64,000 bases of DNA, taken from Candidatus Bathyarchaeia archaeon (GTDB lineage: Archaea; Thermoproteota; Bathyarchaeia; 40CM-2-53-6). The position numbers and the translations under genes are program-made. The notes beneath the pieces are model-generated. The model saw nothing but the letters and a program-made list of their open reading frames with translations, made no database searches and was not told where the DNA came from. The DNA is taken from NCBI GenBank assembly GCA_049513715.1, contig JBEKVV010000005.1, positions 32,001 through 96,000 of the forward strand, read 5' to 3'. Positions 1 through 10,492 of this stretch are shown one piece after another; the first letter of the stretch is position 1; every line of letters begins with the position of its first letter.

Positions 1-78
1 TGGGGTATTTCATAGCAAAATTCGAACGAGAAAAGTAGCAGTAACGAAGCACATTACCTGCATAGTTGCGGTGGTAAG

Positions 79-375
79 ATGGACCTGCCTGAGAACGTTT
101 TGACTAAAGGAAAGGCTGGGAAACTTGAGGTTAGGAGCCTTGAGTCTCGCGGTAGCTATGTGATCTGCAAATACCTGGACCCGAAGACTATGAAGTCGGC
201 AGGCCAGAAGCGCAAGCTCATGCTTAGAGACAAAGATGGGAGGGTTATCGAATTCTTCATCATCCCCTTCAAAGACCCCAACAGAGCGCTTCTAATCTCA
301 GCCAAAACCGCGGAAAAGGAACGCCAAGTCTGGAACGAGAAACTGGGTAGCGCCGAAGACGTTTGGGCCGATTGA
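79..375 (+). CDS. hypothetical protein (98 aa)
   Basis: ATG start with GGTGGT SD-like motif upstream; protein-like composition; family not recognised. Confidence 0.6.
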   Translation: MDLPENVLTKGKAGKLEVRSLESRGSYVICKYLDPKTMKSAGQKRKLMLRDKDGRVIEFFIIPFKDPNRALLISAKTAEKERQVWNEKLGSAEDVWAD

Positions 376-378
376 CCT

Positions 379-990
379 CTAGGGTGAGGCCACGGGAAGA
401 ATCTGAATCAAAGATTTTAGTGGGAGTCCATCAATTTTCGTCATGCCGCTCTTGTTAACCAAAACCAGAACACCTACAGGCTTTGCTTTTGCATCTCGCA
501 AGGTCTGAATAGCGGCCCTGTGGGTTACCCCAGCCCGAAGTACTGCGTCAGCAACCAGCACTTTCTTTCCGGCAACACTGTGGAACGACGGGTTGACCAA
601 GCCAGGAACCTTCTTGCGGTTGATTCTATGGGAGCGAACGGCCGCGAAGGGTTTCTCCCATTCCTTGGCAAGGGCAACGCCCAGAACCATCCCACTACCT
701 TCAACCGCAACTATGACGTCCGGTTCCGGAAATTCTGATGCCTTCACAGACTCGCGTGCTAGGTCAGCCAAGGCTGACGCAATCGCCGACAGACGTTTTC
801 CATGCGATCCCAAAGAACTCCAATCAACGAAGACATCGTGCGGTGGATGTTTCGATGCCCGTTCTTTTCCTTTGAGTAGAAGCCAAACCACGGTGTCAGG
901 TTGGACCTTCAACTCGTCAGCTATTTCGTATGTTGAAAGGCCCTTTGACTTGAGCGCCTGGGCTCTCTTAACGAGCTCCTTTGCCACCAA
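379..990 (-). CDS. orotate phosphoribosyltransferase-like protein with N-terminal HTH (GfcR-type regulator)
   Basis: N-terminal HTH (GLSTYEIADEL) followed by PRTase fold with degenerate PRPP motif VLVADAVLRAGVT. Confidence 0.8.
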   Translation of the reverse strand: MVAKELVKRAQALKSKGLSTYEIADELKVQPDTVVWLLLKGKERASKHPPHDVFVDWSSLGSHGKRLSAIASALADLARESVKASEFPEPDVIVAVEGSGMVLGVALAKEWEKPFAAVRSHRINRKKVPGLVNPSFHSVAGKKVLVADAVLRAGVTHRAAIQTLRDAKAKPVGVLVLVNKSGMTKIDGLPLKSLIQILPVASP

Positions 991-1091
991 CCAAACAAAC
1001 CCCCGCGCAAACGCGGCTATTGTCCAGTTGATGTCTTATAAGGGCTAGTGAACTTCTACGGAAGTCGGCATCAAGAAAGTGAGCAACCCGT

Positions 1092-2063
1092 TTGTCGAAA
1101 CCGTCTCTCGCATTGCAAGAATATTCTTTCGAAATATCATCAAGCCAAGTCAACGGTCCCCTTAACCTGAATGAGACTGTGCTCAGCGCCCAAACATCAG
1201 AACCCGAATGGCAAAGAGAGACCGAAGGGTTTACTGATATTGAAGAACTTGGAGAAATTCCTGTAAAGTACACGCTTAAGCAAAGCGGCGATTCCGACCG
1301 TTTTGAAATCGAGGCTAGGGCCGTAAGCTCAAGGCCAGACAGCCATTCGTCGGCCGAATTGGAGTCACATTTGCACAAAGTTTTGGGCCTAAGGGATGAC
1401 CTCTTGTCTTTCTACTGGGCCTTTGAGGGCGACGAGCCGCTCGCTTCGACGTTCTCGTTGCTGCGGGGCCTAAGGCTGATGCGTGGTACGAACCTTTTTG
1501 AAAGCTTGATCTGTTCCATCTTGTCACAGAACAACTCTGCTTTGCTCTGGAATCGGACCGCTCGCCTCATGATGAAGCTTTACGGCCGCCGAGTTGATTT
1601 TCCCGACGGCTCAACTTCCAATCTTTTCCCGAATCCGCAAGCATTGGCGAAGGTGTCTGCGAGGGAACTCCAGTCGAAGACGTCTATGGGTTACAGGGCG
1701 AAGCCGGTCGTCCAGGTCTCGCGGATGGTCACTAGCGGCGAATTTAGACTCGATGAAGTGGCCACTTCTGGTTATGATGAAGCTATGGAGATGCTGCTTG
1801 AACTTCCAGGTGTTGGGCCTAAGGTTGCGGATTGCTTCCTCCTTTACGGAGCTGGAAAACTTGAAGCAGCGCCCGTTGACGTTTGGATCCATAGGATAGT
1901 CACACGCCTCTACTTCAGGGGGCGGAGGGTAAGCAGATTGAAGACTGCTGGGTTTCTGCGAGAGCGATTCGGTGGCTGGGCCGGGTACGCACAATTGTAC
2001 TTGTTCGATTATGTGCGACGAACCGCACAAGCAAGAGGCAAATCCAATAAGAGTCCGCCCTAA
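1092..2063 (+). CDS. HhH-GPD DNA glycosylase (8-oxoguanine glycosylase/AlkA-like)
   Basis: LPGVGPKVADC helix-hairpin-helix, PVDVWI, WAGYAQLYLF. Confidence 0.9.
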   Translation: MSKPSLALQEYSFEISSSQVNGPLNLNETVLSAQTSEPEWQRETEGFTDIEELGEIPVKYTLKQSGDSDRFEIEARAVSSRPDSHSSAELESHLHKVLGLRDDLLSFYWAFEGDEPLASTFSLLRGLRLMRGTNLFESLICSILSQNNSALLWNRTARLMMKLYGRRVDFPDGSTSNLFPNPQALAKVSARELQSKTSMGYRAKPVVQVSRMVTSGEFRLDEVATSGYDEAMEMLLELPGVGPKVADCFLLYGAGKLEAAPVDVWIHRIVTRLYFRGRRVSRLKTAGFLRERFGGWAGYAQLYLFDYVRRTAQARGKSNKSPP

Positions 2064-2593
2064 GTTTTAGTATGTCTCTTCTTGGCAGCTTGTTTCCGCA
2101 GAGGTTTCCGTTTCAGTTTGGTCCCGCAGACGGGACACTCTTGGATGTCTCCTGCAGGATAACGCCGGTAACACGCAGGGCAGTAATTGGTCCAGATGAA
2201 TTTGTGCCGTATACCCAATGTAGCGAGCGGTTGATAGCTGATACCAATTCCCTCCGCCACATTCTGAATCGCGTAATCATCGCTCACGATGATCGGCAGA
2301 TTACCTTCATTCCTTAGATCTAGAGCTAACGCTATGACGCAGGTATCCGCCCTCGAAAGTGCAACTTTATCCCCTAGCAGCTTGGCGCTCTCTGCAACAG
2401 ATTTGAGCGAGGCTGTTGTTGGACTTTGAATTCTCAATTTTCCAGATGAACTCGACACAGTGAGCCTGTAAGAGGGCCCAGTTTGCTGTCTCAGCTCCTC
2501 CGCAACTTCGGGAACCGAGTAAGACTCGGAATCAAGGCCGAGGGGGTCTAATCCCATAATGAAAGCAGATGTATCCAAAACAAGGACTTTCAC
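2060..2593 (-). CDS. nob1: Nob1 PIN-domain rRNA maturation endonuclease
   Basis: VLDTSAFI, LSRAD, SDDYAIQNVA, C-terminal CxxC...CxxC zinc ribbon. Confidence 0.92.
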   Translation of the reverse strand: MKVLVLDTSAFIMGLDPLGLDSESYSVPEVAEELRQQTGPSYRLTVSSSSGKLRIQSPTTASLKSVAESAKLLGDKVALSRADTCVIALALDLRNEGNLPIIVSDDYAIQNVAEGIGISYQPLATLGIRHKFIWTNYCPACYRRYPAGDIQECPVCGTKLKRKPLRKQAAKKRHTKT

Positions 2594-3432
2594 AAATCCA
2601 TTCGCTCCATCTTATGAAGGCGAGTTAGGCTTCCCAAGGTCGGCGCTGGCCCCAATCGCACGAAGACCGAATAGTGTTCTGCCTTCCGAATCACAAGCCT
2701 AACGTCTTGCGCAAGCTCTCTCTGAAATCGGCCATCTGCCACAACCAGCGCTCTGAGTCTGGGGTTAGTCAACTGGATCGAGAGGGAGCGATCCATCGAC
2801 AGCACAATTGGCCTAATGAACTCGAGCGGACAAATGAAGGTGACAACAAACGCGTCCACAGCAGAATCGACGACGGGGCCGCCTGCCGACAGGGCATAAG
2901 CTGTTGACCCTGTGGCAGTTGAGACAATGACACCATCTCCTCTGAGATGTACGAGTTCCTGCGAGTTCGCTGTAAGTCGAAGATCGAGCATCTTGGAGGG
3001 GCTTCCAGATGATACAACCAGCTCGTTTAGGGCGTCAACGATATGCGTTTCATTCATGTGAACAGCTAACTTCGAGCGTTTTTCTAGCCTGCACTTTCCT
3101 TTCATGAAAAGGTCGACCGCACGCAACGCTTTGGGTGGTTCAACTTCGGTAAGGTACCCTCGCCTTCCCATGTTTACTGCCAAAATCGGGGTTTCAGGGT
3201 TAGGAATGCTCATGCACGTTTTGAGGACTGTGCCGTCGCCGCCCACGGTCATCACGAGGTCGGCCCTTAGATCAGTGAGATCCTTTCCATCCCCCAGCCG
3301 GGCTCGCTTGGCCAGTTCCAGTTCCGCGTTGACGGTGACGCCTCTCTTCCTCAGTTGCTTGGCCAGAGTGGCCGCAACCTCAAGTGCTCTGGCGTCGTCC
3401 AGCCTTGAAACTAGGCCGACTTTGAGAACCAA
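2590..3432 (-). CDS. nadK: NAD(+) kinase
   Basis: GGDGT, LNE, GDGVIVSTATGSTAYALSAGGP motifs. Confidence 0.95.
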   Translation of the reverse strand: MVLKVGLVSRLDDARALEVAATLAKQLRKRGVTVNAELELAKRARLGDGKDLTDLRADLVMTVGGDGTVLKTCMSIPNPETPILAVNMGRRGYLTEVEPPKALRAVDLFMKGKCRLEKRSKLAVHMNETHIVDALNELVVSSGSPSKMLDLRLTANSQELVHLRGDGVIVSTATGSTAYALSAGGPVVDSAVDAFVVTFICPLEFIRPIVLSMDRSLSIQLTNPRLRALVVADGRFQRELAQDVRLVIRKAEHYSVFVRLGPAPTLGSLTRLHKMERMDL

Positions 3433-3624
3433 TATTGCTTCTCCAGGAAAAAACAGTAACCACGGCTAGGATAATTAAGTAATTCATTCAAAGTCCAAAA
3501 CTTGTTTGGAAGTTTGCCTCTTCTAAATTTCCGTTAAGTGACGGGACTGCCAGACAAGCTTTTTAGACGAAGAGTGTGCGTTTACAGGTTCGGTTCTCAG
3601 ATTGGAGCAAGCAGGGGAACGACA

Positions 3625-4020
3625 CTGAGCAAACCAGTAGACGTTGGTTCCGTGAAGATTGGTCAGTACATTATCGTAGATGGTGAACCCTGCAAAGTCG
3701 TCGAATTTGAGAAATCCAAGCCAGGAAAGCATGGGGCCGCAAAGGCGAGAATAGTTGCCATCAGTGTTACAACAGGAACCAAGAAGAATGTCATGAGTCC
3801 GGTTGACGGCCGGATTGACGTTCCAATGATCGAGAAGAAAACGGGCCAAGTACTTGCTTTTGTGGGTACCAATGTGCAAATCATGGATATGCAATCGTAC
3901 GAGACTTTCGAAACACCCATTCCCGAGGAAGAAGAAATCAAATCAAAACTCGGCCCTGGCGTAGAAGTTGAATACTGGCAGATGCTGGGGCAGAACAAGA
4001 TAATGCGAACGAAGGGTTAA
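3625..4020 (+). CDS. eif5a: translation factor aIF5A (eIF5A); probable CTG start at 3625 (ORF track extends to GTG 3538)
   Basis: Hypusination motif [11 protein letters not shown]; adjacent deoxyhypusine synthase. Confidence 0.93.
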   Translation: MSKPVDVGSVKIGQYIIVDGEPCKVVEFEKSKPGKHGAAKARIVAISVTTGTKKNVMSPVDGRIDVPMIEKKTGQVLAFVGTNVQIMDMQSYETFETPIPEEEEIKSKLGPGVEVEYWQMLGQNKIMRTKG

Positions 4021-4057
4021 TTCCACATCACGCCTCTCCGGTTGTGAAGGCCTCTTA

Positions 4058-4987
4058 TTGCCCCTAGTGTCCCACATCAAGATCAAGCGCGGCATGTCAA
4101 TATCAGACATCGCAAGCCAAATGGAAGCAGTCAAAGTCCTCGGACCAGGGCGATTCGGCAAAGCCGCAAACATTCTCACTGAAATGTTCCGCGACAGAAA
4201 TTACACCAATTTCATCTCTCTCGCAGGCCCAATGATACCCGGCGGCCTTAGAACCATCATCACCGACCTCGTTGACCGGAGATTAATAGACGGAATCGTC
4301 ACAACTGGTGCAAATGTAACCCATGATATGCTAGAAAGCTTAGGGCATAGGCACATTGTTGGCTCAGAACTCTCAGACGACAGGGCACTAAAACGAAAAG
4401 GCTTGTCACGCATCTTCGACCTATTGGTCAAGCAAAGTGCAATTGAGCACCTGGAAAAGACCACCTACCGAATGTTGAACCGAATTCCGGAATCCAAGCG
4501 CCGTAACATCGCAAGCCATGAATTGCTGTGGGAGTTTGGGGATCAACTTCGCGACCCCAACTCCTTGCTGCGCACTGCCCAAAAGCGAAAAGTGCCGATC
4601 TTCTGTCCAGGAATCTTCGACTCCATGTTGGGGTTGAACCTTTGGACGTACAGCCGGACCAACACGCTCCTCGTCAACCCGTTCAAAGACTTCTCAAGGT
4701 TGGTGGATCTGACGTACGAGCGCAAGAAAACTGGCGTTGTGATTTTGGGGGGCGGTATGCCCAAGCACCATGTTCTCATAGCCAACTCATACAGAGGCGG
4801 AGTTGACGCAGCGATTCAGATTACCCTAGACCGACCCGAAGGAGGAGGAGCCAGCGGGGCACCCCTAGAGGAAGCAATTAGTTGGGGGAAGATCAAAACG
4901 CCGAATAAGCTGGTGACGATTCTGGGAGACGCCGCAGTCATGTTTCCGTTGCTAACCGCGGCAGCTTTAGAGCGATTGAAAACCTAG
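4058..4987 (+). CDS. dys: deoxyhypusine synthase
   Basis: TTGANVTHD, GGGMPKHH, SGAPLEEAISWGK. Confidence 0.95.
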   Translation: MPLVSHIKIKRGMSISDIASQMEAVKVLGPGRFGKAANILTEMFRDRNYTNFISLAGPMIPGGLRTIITDLVDRRLIDGIVTTGANVTHDMLESLGHRHIVGSELSDDRALKRKGLSRIFDLLVKQSAIEHLEKTTYRMLNRIPESKRRNIASHELLWEFGDQLRDPNSLLRTAQKRKVPIFCPGIFDSMLGLNLWTYSRTNTLLVNPFKDFSRLVDLTYERKKTGVVILGGGMPKHHVLIANSYRGGVDAAIQITLDRPEGGGASGAPLEEAISWGKIKTPNKLVTILGDAAVMFPLLTAAALERLKT

Positions 4988-5002
4988 TCTTGTCGAGCGT
5001 GC

Positions 5003-5392
5003 CTACCTCAAGCGTGGAAGATGAACCTCGAGCACGCCACGTTTGAAACTGGTTTGAATCTTACTTTCATCGACGGGTACTGGTATTTGGATTCTCGCGT
5101 GGTAGCATGTGAATTCTCCGTGTCTATGTTTCAATCCGAGATCCTTGAACGTAATCTTCCTAGTTGTTTCGGCGTAGACTTCAATGCAATCATTTGTAGG
5201 GCAGTCCAATTTGACCTGTTTATGTTCCACGTATGGCAGATCCACTGTTAGAACCACTTCCTTTGCGGCCACAAAGAGGTTGTATAACGGCCGAATGCAG
5301 GCCGCGGCGGCGTTCCAACCTGAACCATGAGGAAGTGACATTACCGGCGGTTCAACTGCAGATCGATGGCTCTTCGTGTGTTCAGAGCTCAA
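5003..5392 (-). CDS. Hsp20/alpha-crystallin family protein
   Basis: VDLP and IPVPVDESKIQTSFKRGVLEVHLP motifs. Confidence 0.8.
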   Translation of the reverse strand: MSSEHTKSHRSAVEPPVMSLPHGSGWNAAAACIRPLYNLFVAAKEVVLTVDLPYVEHKQVKLDCPTNDCIEVYAETTRKITFKDLGLKHRHGEFTCYHARIQIPVPVDESKIQTSFKRGVLEVHLPRLR

Positions 5393-5398
5393 AGTAAT

Positions 5399-6160
5399 TC
5401 ACCCGTACAATGGTGGCAAGTCATATTCGTGAGCCTTGTTCATCTTCGCCATCTCTTCCTGCGTTCGATGCATCATATCCTTACTTTTCAGCCGAATTTC
5501 CTCACCTCTCTTCAGAAGTTCCGAGACGTCAACCTTGAGGTCGAGAATCTTGTTAACGGCTGTTAACGCTGCTCCTGCGGCTTCCGGGTCTGGATAATTG
5601 TAATGCGATTGTGTGAGCAGCGCTATCGCTGGAACTGATAACTCTGCACACCTTCGAAGTATCAAACCATAAGCCCCAACAATGTAGCCTTCCTCCAGAA
5701 CCTCAGCAGCACCCTTCAATTTTGGTTCAAGGTTCAGCTCTGAAAGCGCTGCGAAGACTTTGGGAACATCAATATCTTGCCTGTTCGTGACGGCCATTCC
5801 GCCCAAGGACAGCATCAAAGCTGCATCTTTGCTCTTCGCCCAGTCAACGAGACTGTTCGCCAGCGGTCGAAGAATGGCTGTCGGGACGGCTGTCTCCGAA
5901 ATCACGACAACCAAAGATTTGCCCGCGAAGACTCGGATTGGCGATTTCGGAAGCCCCCTATGCAACACTATAATCGGTGGGAGGAGCTCGGATTCAACAG
6001 AACCCACTTCCTGTAGATTCAATGAACTAATGATATGCGAAGCCGCAAGCAACCCCACTAGCCCAACATCCGGCAGACCGTTAATTATGATGCAACGCTT
6101 CGGAACCACACCGGTCTCCACAATCCGAAAAACTTCTTGTTCAGACAGTTTCGCAGGCAT
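5399..6160 (-). CDS. proteasome assembly chaperone PAC2 family protein
   Basis: GLPDVGLVGLLAA, LSLGG, PDPEAA, C-terminal LYG. Confidence 0.88.
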   Translation of the reverse strand: MPAKLSEQEVFRIVETGVVPKRCIIINGLPDVGLVGLLAASHIISSLNLQEVGSVESELLPPIIVLHRGLPKSPIRVFAGKSLVVVISETAVPTAILRPLANSLVDWAKSKDAALMLSLGGMAVTNRQDIDVPKVFAALSELNLEPKLKGAAEVLEEGYIVGAYGLILRRCAELSVPAIALLTQSHYNYPDPEAAGAALTAVNKILDLKVDVSELLKRGEEIRLKSKDMMHRTQEEMAKMNKAHEYDLPPLYG

Positions 6161-6299
6161 CTCATGGAACCCTTCTAACAGGTCAGAAAGCTGATGGGAA
6201 GCAATGTTAGCGAGTAATTAAACGGTTCGTAGAGCCTTCAAAGAACTTTTAGGCCGTGTCGAACAACGCATGCGATGAATAATCACGTAGGGCAAAACC

Positions 6300-7640
6300 A
6301 TGAGCGCGCTGGAAGGCCTCGGCAAGTCACTTAACGACGCAGTGAAGAAGCTTCTTCGCCTAGCTGTCGTCGATGAGAAAGCAGTTAAGGAACTAGTTCG
6401 GGATCTCCAACGAGCTCTCCTCCAATCTGACGTAAACGTCAACTTGGTTCTGCAGATCTCACAGGCAGTGGAGAAGAGGTCTCTTGAGGAGAAGCTGCCC
6501 CCTGGCATTTCTAGGCGTGAACACGTCGTTAAGGTTCTCTATGAAGAGCTTACTCGGTTTCTTGGCGAAGAACCCGCCAAGCTCGTAATAACACCTGGAG
6601 AACGCCACGTCATAATGCTGGTTGGAATTCAGGGGACCGGAAAGACCACAGCGTCCGTTAAGTTGGCGCGATTTCACCAAAAGCGAGGCGTGCGCCCTGC
6701 AATCATCTGCGCAGACACCTACCGCCCCGGAGCCTTCGAGCAACTCAAACAACTGGCGGATAGAGTGAACGTTCCAGTTTACGGTGAACCAACATCAAAG
6801 GACCCTTTGAGAATTGTGCGCAAAGGAATGGAAGAGTTCACCGATAAGAAACACGACCTGATCATTGTGGACACTGCTGGCAGGCACAAAGACGAGAGCG
6901 AACTCATGTCGGAAATGAAAGACTTGGCCAAACAAATCGAGCCTGATGAAATAATCCTTGCAATTGACGCATCCATCGGCCAAGCTGCTATGTCACAGGC
7001 TACAGCCTTCAACGAAGCCACGAAAATCGGGTCGATCCTTGTAACAAAGCTTGACGGAACAGCCAAGGGAGGGGGGGCTCTCTCAGCCGTAGCAGCAACT
7101 CACGCAAAGATCAAGTTCGCTGGAACCGGAGAAAAAATCGACGACTTGGAGCAATTCATCCCCTCAAGCTTCGTGGGACGCATGCTGGGAATGGGGGACA
7201 TCAAAGCACTCGTGGATCGGGTCCGCGAGGCAGAAATTGTCGTCCCACAAAAAAAGGTCAAGGCGTTCATGGAGGGAAAGTTCAGCCTCAAGGACATGTA
7301 CGACCAAATGGTCGCCGTCCGAAAAATGGGCCCCCTGAAGAAATTGATGGGAATGGTGCCAGGAGGCATGAACGTTCCGGATGATGCTATGGAAACAGCT
7401 GAAAGGAAACTGGATTCCTGGCGAGTAATCATTCAATCCATGACGAAAGAGGAAGTTGAAGATCCCAAGCTGGTCGACTCATCTAGGGCAAGGAGAATTG
7501 CACGAGGGTCGGGAACATCGGACAAGCAAGTGAAGGAGTTGATCAATCAATATTTCATGATGAAGAAGATGATGAAGAGCATGAAACGGCGGGGAGGCGC
7601 TCTTGGAAGGAGAGGCATGCCTTTCCCGATGCGACCATAA
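6300..7640 (+). CDS. srp54: signal recognition particle protein SRP54
   Basis: GIQGTGKTT, DTYRPGA, DTAGRH, TKLDGTAKGGG; Met-rich M domain with RIARGSG. Confidence 0.98.
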   Translation: MSALEGLGKSLNDAVKKLLRLAVVDEKAVKELVRDLQRALLQSDVNVNLVLQISQAVEKRSLEEKLPPGISRREHVVKVLYEELTRFLGEEPAKLVITPGERHVIMLVGIQGTGKTTASVKLARFHQKRGVRPAIICADTYRPGAFEQLKQLADRVNVPVYGEPTSKDPLRIVRKGMEEFTDKKHDLIIVDTAGRHKDESELMSEMKDLAKQIEPDEIILAIDASIGQAAMSQATAFNEATKIGSILVTKLDGTAKGGGALSAVAATHAKIKFAGTGEKIDDLEQFIPSSFVGRMLGMGDIKALVDRVREAEIVVPQKKVKAFMEGKFSLKDMYDQMVAVRKMGPLKKLMGMVPGGMNVPDDAMETAERKLDSWRVIIQSMTKEEVEDPKLVDSSRARRIARGSGTSDKQVKELINQYFMMKKMMKSMKRRGGALGRRGMPFPMRP

Positions 7641-7807
7641 CTCAACATCTAGTCGCCCGGATCGACCATCAATCCGACCCGGGTGTCGGTGGAATTCCTC
7701 TGTTCGCAACGCCGGGAAGCGAATAAGAAACATTGTGGGAAGCGCCCAGCCAAGAAGGTTAATTAGCGCGCCTCTTAGTCTGGTAGCGAAATTCAAGGTC
7801 GTCATCA

Positions 7808-8101
7808 ATGAGACGCTCCAAGGGCTTCCGTTCAAGGACGAGAAACCTTCTCCGGAAGAAGCCTCGCGAAAGAGGCAAGATCGGATTGAGTAGGATTCTT
7901 CGAGTATACCAACCCGGGGAGAAGGTCACAATCATACTTGAGCCATCAGTTCACAAAGGCATGCCCCATAGACGTTACCATGGAAGGGTAGGTGTAATTC
8001 ATGCCAAGAGAGGCAGGTCCTACGTGATCCATGTAGCGATGAGCCATCAAATAATCAAACAAATCATCGCACGGCCCGAACACATCACGCCCGCTCACTG
8101 A
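7808..8101 (+). CDS. rpl21e: 50S ribosomal protein eL21 (L21e)
   Basis: SKGFRSRTR, HKGMPHRRYHG, RPEH. Confidence 0.97.
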   Translation: MRRSKGFRSRTRNLLRKKPRERGKIGLSRILRVYQPGEKVTIILEPSVHKGMPHRRYHGRVGVIHAKRGRSYVIHVAMSHQIIKQIIARPEHITPAH

Positions 8102-8110
8102 GTGAACCTC

Positions 8111-8446
8111 ATGCCGCGGAAGATAGTGGATTCAAGACCTGCAACGACAGCAGAAGCCAAGAAAACTTTAGAGAAAGCTAAGGAGGATGAGCTCGGTGAG
8201 TTCCAGAGACGAACGCTTGACTACGCTTCGAAGTTCGCCAAGATTTCTCCAGCTAAGGCTGAGAAGCTCGCTCGGGAGCTGTCTGATAAGTTCCAACTTG
8301 ACCGGAAGGATTCGATTCAGATCGTGAATACAATGCCGCGGTACGTAGAGGAATTGCGCACTATTCTAACCGTGAAAGGTCGTATCATTATCGGAACGCA
8401 GCTAGAGGATATTCTGAAAATGCTCAATGGCTACAGGGAAGACTAG
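8111..8446 (+). CDS. rpo4: RNA polymerase subunit Rpo4 (RpoF)
   Basis: QRRTLDYASKFAK, IVNTMP; conserved position after L21e. Confidence 0.9.
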   Translation: MPRKIVDSRPATTAEAKKTLEKAKEDELGEFQRRTLDYASKFAKISPAKAEKLARELSDKFQLDRKDSIQIVNTMPRYVEELRTILTVKGRIIIGTQLEDILKMLNGYRED

Positions 8447-8646
8447 GCCGCAGCCGTAGTTTGAGAACCGAATACAGGAAGGCTTTTTTCCCTGCAAATC
8501 CACCTCATTACTAGTGGATGCGATCGACCTTGCGCAATTTCGGCCGCAACACAAAGAAAATGGCAAATGAAGAAAACGGGCCAATTCGAATCTTCTCGCT
8601 TTAGTGCGACCTGAGCTGATACCCTCAATTTCTGGAGACAATTAAG

Positions 8647-9306
8647 TTGAGTCAGAATAGGGAAAGTTCACCGGTTAAGAGTGGCCCTAGCATGTCCGAA
8701 TCGCAACGGTTTAGGCCGGCAGCAGCAGGGAACGCGGCTGAAGGCCTACCACCCCGCTTATACGAGGAGTACGCGTACGTACTCGACTACCTGCAATTCG
8801 GCAGGCCAGCAACCGATAAGCCTAGGCACCTCGCTCTTCCCACGGTACAAATGCTTGGCGAGAGCTACCTCACATTGCTCGAAGCTGAAGTCCGGGCTGG
8901 AGCACAAGCGGCGTTCCACGAAAGAGTCTACATTGGAAAAGACCGACGCGAGAAAATCAACCGCATCATTGGAAGAATCGGCTACACCGACCTAACAGCA
9001 AACGCGAAGGCGGAACTACTTCCAGTGCTTGAGAAGCTAATCACCAACCAGGAAGGACGTTTCGTTTCATTCTTCAACAACTCTCAAGCCATAACACCAC
9101 GGATGCACTCATTGGAACTTTTGCCAGGAATTGGAAAGAAGTCGATGTGGCAGATCATCAATGCCCGTGAAAAGAAACCGTTCACGTCATTCAAGGACAT
9201 TCATGATAGGAGCAGCATAGGCGACCCTACAAAAGTCATCGCGAAAAGAATACTGGATGAATTGATCGGTGGAGAAAAATACCGTATTTTCTCGCGAGCA
9301 CTATAA
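8647..9306 (+). CDS. DUF655 family putative RNA-binding protein
   Basis: EEYAYVLDY, RMHSLELLPGIGKK, PFTSFKDI; conserved context between rpo4 and ksgA. Confidence 0.92.
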   Translation: MSQNRESSPVKSGPSMSESQRFRPAAAGNAAEGLPPRLYEEYAYVLDYLQFGRPATDKPRHLALPTVQMLGESYLTLLEAEVRAGAQAAFHERVYIGKDRREKINRIIGRIGYTDLTANAKAELLPVLEKLITNQEGRFVSFFNNSQAITPRMHSLELLPGIGKKSMWQIINAREKKPFTSFKDIHDRSSIGDPTKVIAKRILDELIGGEKYRIFSRAL

Positions 9307-9345
9307 CAAAACCTTCACCGATGTTGCCAGAAGAGAGCTACCGGT

Positions 9346-10446
9346 TTGCCTACAAGGGTAATCATGCACGTTGACCTAGACTACTTCTACGCGCAATGCG
9401 AGGAAAACGCGAACCCAAGCTTACGCGGCAAACCCGTTGTAGTGTGCGTGTACTCCGGCCGAACCGAAGAGAGCGGCGCAGTTAGCACATGCAACTACGA
9501 GGCGCGAAAATTCGGAGTCCACGCGGGAATCCCAATAATCCAAGCAAAGAGACTTTTAGAAAGAACAGATGCAACTTTCCTTCCGATGAACCGGCCGCTT
9601 TACGATGAAGTGTCTCACAAGATCATGGAGGTATTGAGAACACAGGGTGATTCCTTCGAAAAGACGGGTATAGACGAAGCCTACCTAGATATGACCGTCA
9701 GAACGGATGGTGACTTCGAGGAAGCAAGAAATCTAGCGGGCGAAATCAAAGGCCTAATCTTTCAACAAGAGCACGTCACATGCTCCATCGGTGTAGCCCC
9801 GAACAAAGTAATCGCCAAAATAGCATCCGACCACCAGAAACCCAATGGCCTCACAATAGTAATGCGTGACGTAGTCAACGGCTTTCTCGCACGACTCCCC
9901 GTAGGCAAGATCCCCGGGGTCGGGAAGAAAGCGGAAAGAAAAATGGAAGAATTACATATCACAACCATAAGTGAACTAGCTACCCTCAGTCCGAGTATTT
10001 TGGTTGAGGCTTTCGGTAAGAACCTCGGAGGATACCTGTACCATGTTGCCCGGGGAGAGGATGACGACCCTGTCCAAGAACGAGAGCAACCAACCCAGTT
10101 CAGCCGTATAGCCACACTGAAAAAGAATACCCGCGAGCCTGAAGAAATCATGCTGATGCTTAACGAACTAGCTAACTCTGTTGCGGCCAAACTGAATGAA
10201 AGGAAAATGTTGTGCAAGTCAGTGAGCGTGATCGCAATCTTGGAAGACTTGAGCATTCACAGCAAATCCAAAACGTTCGAATCTGGGACAGCCGACGTGA
10301 GTGTCATCAAGCAGTCATCAAGGGACCTCGTTCAACAATTCCTGCAATCGATGCCCGGCGCTGTGCTTCGCCGAGTAGGGGTTAAAGTGTCGATGCTCTC
10401 AAGGCTGACTGGTCAGACGGACATCTCCAAATTTCTAATGGGATAG
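9346..10446 (+). CDS. dinB: Y-family DNA polymerase IV (Dpo4/Dbh/DinB)
   Basis: HVDLDYFYAQ, CNYEARKFGV, GIDEAY, IPGVG; C-terminal PIP box QTDISKF. Confidence 0.95.
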   Translation: MPTRVIMHVDLDYFYAQCEENANPSLRGKPVVVCVYSGRTEESGAVSTCNYEARKFGVHAGIPIIQAKRLLERTDATFLPMNRPLYDEVSHKIMEVLRTQGDSFEKTGIDEAYLDMTVRTDGDFEEARNLAGEIKGLIFQQEHVTCSIGVAPNKVIAKIASDHQKPNGLTIVMRDVVNGFLARLPVGKIPGVGKKAERKMEELHITTISELATLSPSILVEAFGKNLGGYLYHVARGEDDDPVQEREQPTQFSRIATLKKNTREPEEIMLMLNELANSVAAKLNERKMLCKSVSVIAILEDLSIHSKSKTFESGTADVSVIKQSSRDLVQQFLQSMPGAVLRRVGVKVSMLSRLTGQTDISKFLMG

Positions 10447-10492
10447 AGGCTAGAGGTAACTGAGTGATTGGATTTCCAAGGGGGGCTGACTA

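Noticed and set aside
7641..7807. Possible SRP (7S) RNA after srp54
   Set aside because: Too short and no recognisable helix-8 motif; only generic hairpins
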